Below are positions 24,204-35,539 of a DNA stretch of 64,000 nt, piece after piece. Origin of the DNA: Tubulanus polymorphus (lineage: Eukaryota > Animalia > Nemertea); the NCBI RefSeq assembly GCF_964204645.1, contig NC_134025.1, positions 9,672,001 through 9,736,000 on the forward strand, given 5' to 3'. A model generated the notes under the pieces. It searched no databases. It was not told where the DNA came from and saw only the letters and a list, made by a program, of their open reading frames with translations. Position 1 is the stretch's first letter, and each line of letters opens with the position of its first letter. The position numbers and the translations under genes were made by a program.

Positions 24204-26910
24204 TTAATCTTAAAATAGGGATTGACCCTGTTAGATTTTTTGTTTTCATTAGGCGTCCCTTACAAACCCACCAAACCTGCCGGGAGCGAAACAGGGGGTC
24301 GGATTTTGAAATCGAAAATCGAAGTTCAGATATAGTTGTGTGATCGGCGGTCGAAATTTTGTTTAAGTCTTAGTACATAATAAGCCTTTTTACAGTTTCC
24401 AGGCGCCATTTTTTTGGGTACCCGCCGGGTCCGCATTGTTGAAATTTTTGTCCCTATTTTTCTCCGGTTTAATTTTTTTATTTCGTTCATATCTCTGGAT
24501 TTGATTAAGATAGAAACAAAGTTAAAATATCGATGAACTCGGCTGATAATAAACTTTTTTATGATATTACTCATTTGTTAAGTTAATGCAACAATGCGCA
24601 CTGGTGAAGTTATAAACATTGATAACGTCTTCCCGATAATTCAACTTGAATTATTGCTCATCTCATTCAAAAGTTCGTAATTCTTACAAATTTTAATCTA
24701 CATTTTTGAAGTTTTCAGGATCAATAGCCATCTATATGTGGTCCTATATACCTTTTACCGTTTTCAATTATCCGTATTAGTTTTTAAGTAGTTGCGAGTC
24801 AAACTTCCAAAACACGTTTTCCCGGGTCCCCTGCGTGCATCTATATATCAGGAAATTTCACAATTTCACCAGTCCCTTCTTCGTTGAAAATCAATTTTTT
24901 AAGTAACCAGGGAAATAAGGGCTCCTAGGTTTTTGAAAAATGGTAATTAAAGATATATATTCTCTAGGATTTGTCAAAATAAACGAAATAACCCAGGCGT
25001 TGCTTTAACCAGCTATCTAGGTTCGCAACAGAAATTATCATTTTGTCCAACATGTTTCATTCGATTCCAAAACTGCACGTACGGCTATACGATTGCAAAT
25101 GTGAAAGTCAGACATCATGTGGCACATGTATGAGAACCACAGTCTCAATGCTGCGTCGTATTGCCGTCGCAATTTTACATGGCTACTTACGTGAAGTGGG
25201 CTAATACAGACCTTGAATACAGGCCTTGAGAATGTGCCAAATCTCAAAACAACTATCAAACGCACGAGATCAATTTTGACAGAAAGTAAACGAATGTTAT
25301 GTTCCTCAATATATACTAATATATTCAAATTCAATTTGAAACACCTTCCAGCTCGTGTCACGATCAGTAATAAAGATCGAACATCGAACATTCTCAAAAA
25401 AACAAACCCGATCCAACGGTTTGCAAGCGTCAAGTTTGACACAGCCATGGCTGCCTCCATTTGCGTGGAGCTGCTGCTGAAAATTCAAAAATGTAAATCG
25501 GGTACCGGTATTTAACCGAGGACCGAGTGCTCGCCATTACACCATGGTATTTCTGATGGTTATTTTTTGAGCAACTGGCTCCAGAATCACCTGCCAACGG
25601 CCATATTTCATTGATGCAATATACCGGTACTGTGAAACAATATAATATTGACGGGAGATCAATGAAACTTAAATGCCTGACACTAGAAGACTTATTTCGA
25701 CTTTTTTGACTATCTTAGATGATTGGGAGAGGGGTCCAAAAATAAGGACATTTTCCGTATATTAAGGCTGCGAGTAGGGTGCTCCTCGGTGTTGAAACAA
25801 ATACATCCAAAACAATTTAATTTGCAAAAGGATGAGTGTTAAATTTGTAGGCTTTAAGCGATCACTGTCTTGACAAAGATGGTAACCTTAATGGGAAGGA
25901 GCGGGGGTCCGGACTACCGACCCTCCAAACCCGTAGTCTGTCCCTGTGTTACTAGAAATATATCTCTATTAACCATTTTTTCAAATAACTAGGTGCCCTT
26001 GTTTCCATAGTTACGGAAAATTTTGATTTTAACAAAGTAGGACCGGTTGAATTGTCAAATTTCTTGATATAAATATGCAAACATGATACTCTAGAAAACG
26101 TGTTTTGGAAGTTTGACTCGCAACTACTTAAAAACTAATACGGATAATTGAAAACGGTAAAAGGTATATAGGACCACATATAGATGGCTATTGATCCTGA
26201 AAACTTCAAAAATGTAGATTAAAATTTGTAAGAATTACGAACTTTTGAATGAGATGAGCAATAATTCAAGTTGAATTATCGGGAAGACGATATCAATGTT
26301 TATAACTTCACCAGTGCGCATTGTTGCATTAACTTAACAAATGAGTGATATCATAAAAAAGTTTATTATCCGCCGAGTTCATCGATATTTTCACTTTGTT
26401 TCTATCTTTATCCAATCCAGAGATATGAACGAAATAGAAATATTAAACGGGGAAAAAATAGGGACAAAAAATTCAACAATGCGGACCCGGTGGGTACCCA
26501 AAAAAATGGCGCCTGGAAACTATAAAAAGGCTTATTGGAAATTTTGGTTGTTTTCAACCCCTGAAAAATTGTCCAATATGCCAAAGCCTTGATAAGAAGA
26601 CAGGCGATTGCTTACTGACCAAAGTTTAAAACTTCAAAACGTAAAACAAACATAAATAGAAATTTTGGTTTATAGTTGTCAAACCACGGAAATATTTCCA
26701 TACGCTAGCGATAAGTGTAATGTTCACATAATAATGTTCGAAGATAAGATTGAGCACAAAAACACAACACTCATATGGAACAGACATCAAAATGGCCCTT
26801 GTTTCGCTCCCGGCAGGTGTGGTGGGTCTGTAAGGGACACTCAATCAAAAAATGAAACGAAATTTACCAACCAAATAAATAACAGGGACAATTCCTATTT
26901 TAAGATAAAA
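24204..26910. repeat. Large inverted repeat (arms ~24204-24970 and ~25950-26910, ~1-kb spacer); foldback-like element or two inverted copies of one repeat
   Basis: 24380-24820 is the reverse complement of 26095-26535, and ORFs 24326-24574(-) and 26341-26592(+) translate to near-identical peptides. Outer and inner arm segments match with more divergence. Confidence 0.9.
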
Positions 26911-27020
26911 AACTCGGCACATACCTGACGCCTTTAACCAGTATTTCAATGTAATAACATTGGATGACAAGTTAAACCCTAGTCAACATATTGTAACTAA
27001 GTTGTTCGGTCGAAACTTAT

Positions 27021-27065
27021 GCCACATCTGACGATGATCTCTAGTGTGAGATCAAACGTCGTGTC
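27021..27065 (+). ncRNA. Degenerate minimal hammerhead-ribozyme motif (Penelope/retrozyme type)
   Basis: CTGACGA-t-GATCTC-tagtgt-GAGATC-AAACGTC: core CUGANGA, perfect 6-bp stem II, palindromic ACGT stem III and GUC site; G12 of GAAA is missing. Confidence 0.45.
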
Positions 27066-27248
27066 TTTTAGATTTTTTTTATAAAACAAATTCTCGATTT
27101 TAAAGTTCTCTTAATTCGTACATAGCGGGTTTTTATCTTATTATGCCACATCTTCTGAACAATAAATGCGGCACATTATTACACCGCCCACGAGGTTTTC
27201 ATCGGCTCCATCTATATACACTATATACAACTCAATTCTAGATCTTAC

Positions 27249-27336
27249 CTTTGTACGTTTGCCGTTTATCATCGACTACCTGCGAAGCCTGCAAGATGTC
27301 TTCTTTTTCGAGGCTGACGCTTCGAACTCGCGACAT
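27249..27336 (-). CDS. Alternative first coding exon H of nesprin (MSRVRSVSLEKEDILQASQVVDDKRQTYK)
   Basis: ATG at 27336; donor AAA G|gtaaga in phase 1; 88 nt; CpG-rich context. Confidence 0.72.
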
Positions 27337-28024
27337 CTCATGTGCGTACGCGGTAAAAAAACTAAACGATAGACGGTTCACTGATACTTGTCATTGCACT
27401 AAATCGCAAAATTTTGCTCGGGACCTAGTGACGACACTTCTCCGCGATAAACGTTATCTAAATTCCGAAATTGAAATTAAACCGCGCCGAGGACAGCGCA
27501 ACACTCACATATACGTATTAGCTATATATACTTAAATATCAAGCGCTAAATAAATACATTTCTAGCACTGTAAAGATAATGTTTAAGCACAAACAATGCG
27601 AAATGAACTTATTCAAATTAGTTTGGGAGAAATTTTCTGACGCGTATTATTAGGTTTGGAACCTACTGCATTGACACCGTAACGACACCCCCCTAACGGT
27701 ACATGTAATAAAAATGCATTCGATGATAAATTGGCCTTTTTTAACGAGTCATGGTCAGTACTTGATACTGAAAAGATCGGCTTTAAGATCAAACGAAGTC
27801 AGCGAAGCCGAATTCGTGACCACTGAACAAATGCCATATCATTTCAATAGCGTTACTACTTCGCGATTTAAATTTCAGTACAATGATATATAAACCAAGT
27901 GAATGACAGGAATTTTCTAAAGAGAACCATGGCAAATTGATTAGTTTTATCACACTACAACAGTTACAAATGAGCTGATCTTCTCTGATTTGAAGAGAAT
28001 AAAACAGTGTATCAAGTCTTAAAC

Positions 28025-28238
28025 AGGCTTAGAACCATCCTCCAACAGCGAAGATTCGAACCTGATGGCATCGAGACTGAGCCACGGCACGAAACCCTGC
28101 CACACTAGCCCGAGTGCGCGGCAGTTTCTTGTGGCAAACTTGCGCACCTGGTCTAGTGTGGCAGGGCTTTGCGCCATGGCTGAGTCTAGGGATGTCATCA
28201 GGTTCTAATCGTTGCCAGGGGAGGATGGCTTATAACCT
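28025..28238. mobile_element. Palindromic MITE / foldback element (~215 bp)
   Basis: Imperfect inverted repeat over the whole length: ccatcctcc/ggaggatgg, gaacctgatggcatc/gatgtcatcaggttc, ccctgccacactag/ctagtgtggcaggg. Confidence 0.8.
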
Positions 28239-29841
28239 AATCTAACACAAGAAAAATGATAACTAAGAGAAGAAAAACTATGCATAGGTTGTTTAGCATA
28301 TCTTTAACAAATCTAAGACTTCCGAATGATTTCAACTAGGAAATAAAAAAATTTGCAAAATTTTTATTAGTCAATCCATGCTATCTCGATTAAGAAAATT
28401 TTAGCAGCGTTAATGTCAACACTTTGTCTTTGAATTCGTACAATATGACTTGATTTAACTTGACTAATAATTGCTTTGGGGGTAGTGGCACTCTTCCATT
28501 CAGCGCGGATTATAATGTCGGACAGGAGAAGTCGAATTAACATAACTGAAATTGCGCGATTGAAAAATGAAATAGACCTCTGGCAGAATTCCAAACGAAA
28601 ATTCCTCTAAAACCACCTTCCGTCAAGATTAAGAACTATTGATATATCTATGATGAACTTCAAAATACAATAAGCCCAGAATAAAGTGTTAAACAGAATT
28701 GAAACATATAAACAGCTTTTTTCAAAAACGTTTTGTACGGCTTAAAATTCAGGAAACATCAATATATAGAGAGACTACATTCTAAGTGTATATCATTATG
28801 TACATATTTAAAGGTTTTAACTACTTATAACCCTCAAACCAATTCTAACTGTTATAAATCTAATGCTGATCCTATTCTTAATTTTAAGATTTTAAAAATC
28901 AGTTATACGGATATAGCCGAACACTTCCGCTAACATAAATGGAGAAATTTGTAAAAAAAAAATCACGAAATTCATATTTCAACTAATTACGGCAGGTACT
29001 TGAAAAGAAATAAACTAGAACAGTATCGCCTGTAAAAGTCCCACGAGAATCAAAATTATATGCATTCTTGATACGATTTATGAGACATTTTCATGTAAAC
29101 TATAAAACCAGTTCATTCATTCGAAATATTTCTGAATCTCCCGAACTGAATTAATAACGATTTTCTATTCTAGTTCTACGAATGTTCACTGCGGCGCCAC
29201 TATCTAACAGTATGAAAGGTAGAAACTTCCAGAATATCTTAACTTAGGTGCGAAAGTTCACCGTTGTTTTTTTCCATTATCACCAAAAACCTTTCGATCA
29301 ATTCAAGAACTTTTGAACTTTTTAAGAAACACAGTTATAACGTTTCTTTTCAAGTTGCCTTAAAGAGCAAGTGGAAAAAAATGATAATAATTCCAGATTC
29401 ATAGTAACGTTTTTTTCTTGATCAAGTCCGCTAAAATAAGTAAAATATATTGTCTACTGTTAGATAATCTGACTAACTAATATTGAGCTACTTCATAATA
29501 TCAAATATTTAAGGTATATTGCGGTAAGCTGCCTGTCTGACATTCTTGATTGACTTCAACATTATGGGAGGGGAACGTTTCTGAATCCGGTTTACATAAT
29601 TTCGATCGTTCTTAGGAATATTTGATTAACCGACATCGGAAAAAACGGTTACAGGATCGCGATAACAATAGGCGAAAAAAGAGTTTATCGGTAAAACGTC
29701 ACATAAATATCGACGGTTATGTAGAAAAGTTTGCGTTGCGGTGACTTGTTACACAGCGTATCCTCTGGCAACGACCAATAGGGGACTGTTATATGTCTAT
29801 ATATATATTCGTCCGCGTGTTAAGTATGAGAAAACGACTAC

Positions 29842-29899
29842 CTGTCACGGAAGTGCCAATTCTCTTTCCACTTACACTAACGAACAATGTATTAAACAT
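29842..29899 (-). CDS. Weak candidate alternative first coding exon I (MFNTLFVSVSGKRIGTSVT)
   Basis: ATG at 29899 and donor ACA G|gtagtc in phase 1; the donor is weak and a competing phase-0 gtaagt lies inside. Confidence 0.3.
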
Positions 29900-31681
29900 A
29901 CAGCTATATGAATAGAATTGACAGACGAACATTAAACATTTTCACGTCATAGACAAGTTTTAAGCTACTTAAATGCCGATCCCTGCAGTCGATCGCGTTC
30001 GATTGTGACCGTAAGCCGCAGGGGGCGTTCTGCGACCAGAAGGTCTCGGGTCTTTGCGCCTTTATGTGTAAAGTTTCACACCATTTTGCGTATAAAGGAT
30101 TGCATTAGGCAGCCGTTAATTCATCAATGAACTTTGAATTAACTTTTTGCGTGGGCTTGTTATTAATTCAATTATGATCCACGCAGTGATTTATCCACGT
30201 AATTCGTGGTTTTGTAATTTCTTAAACACAAACTTTGCCCCCACAAAATCTCTACGTTACAAGAGTTTAATATTTCAGTTCTACATTGGAAAGTTTTCTA
30301 CAAACCTATTTATAAGATAATTCAAATCTTTTCGAATAGTTTATATAATCGTCCTCAGTTCTCAGATATACTCAAATTAAAAATCAGAAAATCAGGAACA
30401 CTTTCATAAATAAGTTTAAAGACCAATCATAATTGTGCCTTAACTATTTCTTATCTTCAGAACTAACCTATAAACTGAGTCAAACACCTAGAACAAAATT
30501 ATGACAAGTCATCGAAGATCGATGATCATATTATCATTTAGGGTCGTCATTTTATTGTAATTTTCCCTATCATTATAATTATATTATTATTATCTTTATT
30601 ATCACTATATCGCTATTTTGTTTTTGTACACTATTTGTTTTTTGTTTATTTTTCATATCTAGGGCATTCCCCCTTTTTTAGTACAGCCTTTAGGCTTGGA
30701 GATATCCTTTCAATTGTGCAGGGCAGTGTACATTAAAGCAACATTCATAAAAATCTTGTACATATATTGGCAAATAAATATATATTATATATATATTATT
30801 ATCTAATCATTCTCATGTGAAACATCCCATAAAATTTAAGATAAGTCACAAATCCAAATTTCATCCAAACAGAAGACATCGACCGTAATAACAACAAATT
30901 CTCTTGACCCTGGAACCAGATGCAAGGTTAACTGTTCATAATGAATGAATCGATACGTACAGAAATCATTTTCCCTGAACTATCATCAGCACACCTTTTC
31001 ATAATAAAAACACGGTCGCGATTCATTAAATAAGGAAATTTGAAAATGTTTATTCTACGGGATTCAATCGATAAAGGATCGATCACGGATGCTAAAGGAA
31101 AAAACCTGCAAAAATATATGCAATATCATGCGTCGGTAATAAAAACAAGTACCCGTAATATGATTGATACAAGTAGTTTGCGTGTGGCAGATCAAACTTC
31201 ATTATTCATCACCCAGTTAAAACTGTTCCAAGTATGGCAACACTAGAGACGACTGCTGCTACGCATCAATAGCAATCATGAAAATTAAATCCAATAACCC
31301 GCACGCTGTTAACTACACCATAAAGCTAGATACACTGAATTCAGCAGTGTTAATGACCAGTATTTGTGACGAAATTCATCAATTTCTAAAATGCACAGAA
31401 TTGACACTTCGATATTTAAGATTACATGGCCGAATAACATACTGTCTTACAAACATCTCGTGCGCGTAGGAAGCAGTTAACAAACGTCTAGACGTTGAAT
31501 ACAAATTTCAGTAGTTATCATCCGTATTGCATTTTTCAATTGAAAATGATTCATTATTATGTCAACATCATTGCTTCAAATTTGTCGTAATAAAAAAGGC
31601 AAAATTCCTCATAACATTTTTCTACATAAAAGCCATACGGTCTATCTAATAAATTCTAGAGAAAAATCTTCATATCTTTAC

Positions 31682-31745
31682 CTTTTTTCTCTTGTATTTT
31701 AAGGTACACGCTGCCTCCGTCTGATCCGCTACTCGATTTACGCAT
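31682..31745 (-). CDS. Alternative first coding exon J of nesprin (MRKSSSGSDGGSVYLKIQEKK)
   Basis: ATG at 31745; donor AAA G|gtaaag in phase 1; 64 nt. Confidence 0.72.
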
Positions 31746-34479
31746 ATTTGAACGGGGTATAAAATTCTCTTCAACACAAAACTAAAACACTTTATCCGAT
31801 TATCTTTTCACTTATATCGAATTTCTAAATTCGTTGCGTTGTCGTCGGCTAGCTAATGCGTAAAAAAAAACGTGTATCTCCTGAGTTGTTGATGATGTTG
31901 CTTCGGGTGTTAAATGCATTCAGAAACTTCATCCAATGAGAGAGAGATGTTTCACAGGAATAGTCCTTGTCACACACTGCTGCAAGCCTGGGCAATCAGA
32001 CCGTCACTACTACAGTACTATTAATAATAATACGACACTGACAGGCAGCTACAGGTATAATTGTTCCACGCGAGTATTCAACTGTGACGAACGAACGCTA
32101 CTACTCACTCACGCTCTAATCATAAATTTAATTTTGCTGCAAAGATTAATTGTAAGCTAAAGGGACACGCGTGAATTAAGGTCGATTGTTTCACCGGGTG
32201 TGGAATCTGATTAAAATGTCGCGAAAGCTAAATAACTAACTACCGTAAGCGACGAATAACCTATCGGTTATGTGTTTGCGTATACCTTAACTTTACCGTA
32301 CTACCACCTCTTCAAGGCTTTTACACGTGTAAACAACTAAACAAATAAACGTTCAGTAATTCGAAAACTCAAATTTTATTATAGAAAATTTGCGAATTTT
32401 CACGCGTCCCATTTCAATTTTATCAACACTATATTATCGATTTAGAAAAAAACGTTTAAAATTATGTAATCATGATATCATTGAATATCAAGTGTTTTTG
32501 ACGATATTGCTATGAAAAATAATTGTTTCCCATCAACAGATAATTGAACTCTTTTAGAGAAGGCGTAATTAGTTCGAACTTAAATTCAATGAGGAAAACA
32601 AGAATGTGAGATCAATAACAAAATATATAAGTAGAGAATCCTAGAGTAATGCACCAAATGACCTGAGAGTGACAAGGTACAAAGTTTGAAGTGGGCCATA
32701 AAAACAATCTTCCAAATTCTAAATCTTCACACTGGAAAAACAATCTTGAACAACTATTAACCAAAAGTTATCATAAAACACATGATTCGATTATATGAAA
32801 TACGGTCCCATACATATAACTTTAATAAGTCAATAATGTAAGTAAAGTAGTCAGAATTGATAAAAAGTAACCTCAAGATCTTTGTAAAGCCCCCCTCAAA
32901 TAATATGAACACTATTGCCAAATATGATTTCATATTTGAATATGTCTACGAACCAAAACTACATATTTTCTGCTAAATAACATGAAAATCTTTTAAAGGA
33001 AATAGCCATGCATTTAGTAAGCATGGTCTTATATCAAAAGTTGCTCTAGCCCTGAAATCAGAGATAGGGTCTCAAGTGATTTGACGGATACTCATTCAAA
33101 ATTTAACGAAAACTTTACCCCTATATATGGTTTCACAAGCAATGGCAAACCCAGGGGATGCACTGGGAACACGTGGACCGCTCTTCCTTAAGTCCTCATA
33201 AATCTTGCATATCGATTTTACACAAATTTGTGCGAACGGTTTTCGCGATCATCTTGATTTGATAATAACCATAGGACCTATTAGTGATTTGAAATGAAAT
33301 TCGACGAACGGACGACATCGGAGAACCCTGAAACCCATCAGCTCCGCTGACCTTTGGTCACAGCGGATATAAACATATTGTAAAAAAAAAACATGAAAAG
33401 ATATATGGGTATAAAAAACATTTCCATGAGAAGAAAATTGATTTTGGTTGAATGAAAAACGTCAGAAAATACCGGATAACCTAAAATATATGTGTATTTT
33501 ATTGCTTCGAGATCGACCATAAAATATATTGCAAGAATAGCGAAAAATCAGAACGAAAACTGCACAGTACAAATCAGAAGACATAACTGTTAGGAGTTGA
33601 AATATCTGTCGCGAGGCCAATTAAAAAGATTCTAAAATAAACCTTTTATTTCTGCATTTATGGGCTGGTAAATGGTGCTATAAAATGTACACATTACACA
33701 TCCAAGATAATATACGTGCCATTCAAATACCAGTTTAATCTAAACGGTAAATCTAAATAATTCACTCCGCACCGTTCAAATATAAATTCTTTAAGTTGAA
33801 TGTATACTGCGGCGCTAGGGCTGTAATTGTAAAGCAGAGGATTTTTATGAGAAATCTGGCACCAGTTTAAACGAAATTCAAAGAACTCCTAATTATTTCA
33901 TTTTCGGCAAATTACCACCAGGGTACTAACCAGGCCATTAATGCAACTTCAAATTGTCCAGGATATGCTCCAATTCTTTCAAGATTTCAAAAATCATCTG
34001 GATGATTTTTACATTAAAAAAGAACTTTCATTTTTCAGCTTTACGCATATGTAAAGTTACCAGTATATTTATGATACAAAACATACAAATAACAGCACTT
34101 TTTAGTAGCTTCGATCAGTATAATAATGATAGAACTAAAGGCTAAGCATTTTTGCCCTGGGGACATAAAACATTATATCTGAACGTGAAATGATTGTCAG
34201 TCAAGCTGCATAGTTTCCAGGTAGGAATAGAATTTTCCCGACAGGTTTTAGTTGATCAGCGAAAAATGAAGTGTCTCAGTCAATTAAAATCCACATCGAT
34301 AGAACGCTATTGACAAGACGGCGTAGCTCCCTGGCACTTTAAAGAAAAATTGGCACTTTATCAACATTAGTTTCCACACCATTGTAGCGGAGCGCCGCCA
34401 TTTTTTACTTGTAGAAGTAGAGGTCGTACAGAAACGAATGCAGGAAATGTACATAACAAGTATGCTAATCATAAGGAAA

Positions 34480-34483
<4 letters not shown>

Positions 34484-34571
<88 letters not shown>
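34484..34571. repeat. (TA)n microsatellite with one interruption
   Basis: Directly visible. Confidence 0.98.
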
Positions 34572-34574
<3 letters not shown>

Positions 34575-35292
34575 AAACGATTTGACAAACGATCAACGAA
34601 ATTCAACTAATTCAGAAAATACAGTGATACCCATACGCGTTGTTCAATGATTTTTACATTTGACAACGATAATGATCTTATACGACATGCCTTCTTAAGG
34701 CTCTAATGCAAACAGCTTGAATGCAGATCTCTTATATATCTCACTGTGCACAGATGACATATCTTATTGAAACGTTTGGATAACCTTATTCAAATATGTC
34801 TTACAACATATCGAACGATAAAATAATGCGAACGGACACCTCAGAAACCTTTCCTGCCGTGATATTGGGCTTTAATTCAACTGATTACACGTCAATCAGT
34901 TGAATCACGCTTGAAAATTACTGCAGGTACATCGATTCAGCCATCTGTGATAATATACCACGGATAACCGATTGGCTCATACTTGACCTGGATAAAAAAT
35001 GCATCTTGCGCTAACAATTTCAGCGAATCTACTCACAATTCTGTAGTTACAACAATGAGCACCCAGCGAAAATATTGTGGCAGGCGAATTGTGCATATCA
35101 AGATGAACTAATGGCAAATAAAATAAATAATAATAACCCTTATGTTTCAGTACTGATTTTAGTTTATCTGATAATCCGGCTTATTTTTTCGATGAGGAAT
35201 GGTAGAATGGAGTTTTACATCAAATATTCAGGCATGTCATTTGGGAAAAGCCGGTGGTCCTCGTAGGTAACATGATGTTCGAACGTACTCAC

Positions 35293-35539
35293 CAGCGAGA
35301 CTATGTATAGCAGCAGCGATACCGGCCCCGGTTCGACTTATATGCACCGGGTCTTGTAATACTGGAGGTAGAGGGCTGTTAGATCTGGGTAGCTGTATTG
35401 GGCTGCACGCCCTCAATAGCTGCGGACTTGCTGTAAGTGACCGATACGACCCGGCTGGTGTAATCGACCTCGGCGATGCAGCGCCTTCCACGTCGGAAGA
35501 CGGACTCGCAAGAGCCGGACTGCGCAAATTTCGTTTCAT
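35293..35539 (-). CDS. Alternative first coding exon K of nesprin (82 aa, SP-rich)
   Basis: ATG at 35539; consensus donor GCT G|gtgagt in phase 1. A strong acceptor (ttttgttttttttgtag-like) at 35577 implies upstream non-coding exon(s). Confidence 0.75.

Noticed and set aside
24326-26592. Paired ORFs MSNIIKKFII / MSDIIKKFII as duplicated genes
   Set aside because: They are translations of the inverted-repeat arms; no recognisable protein.
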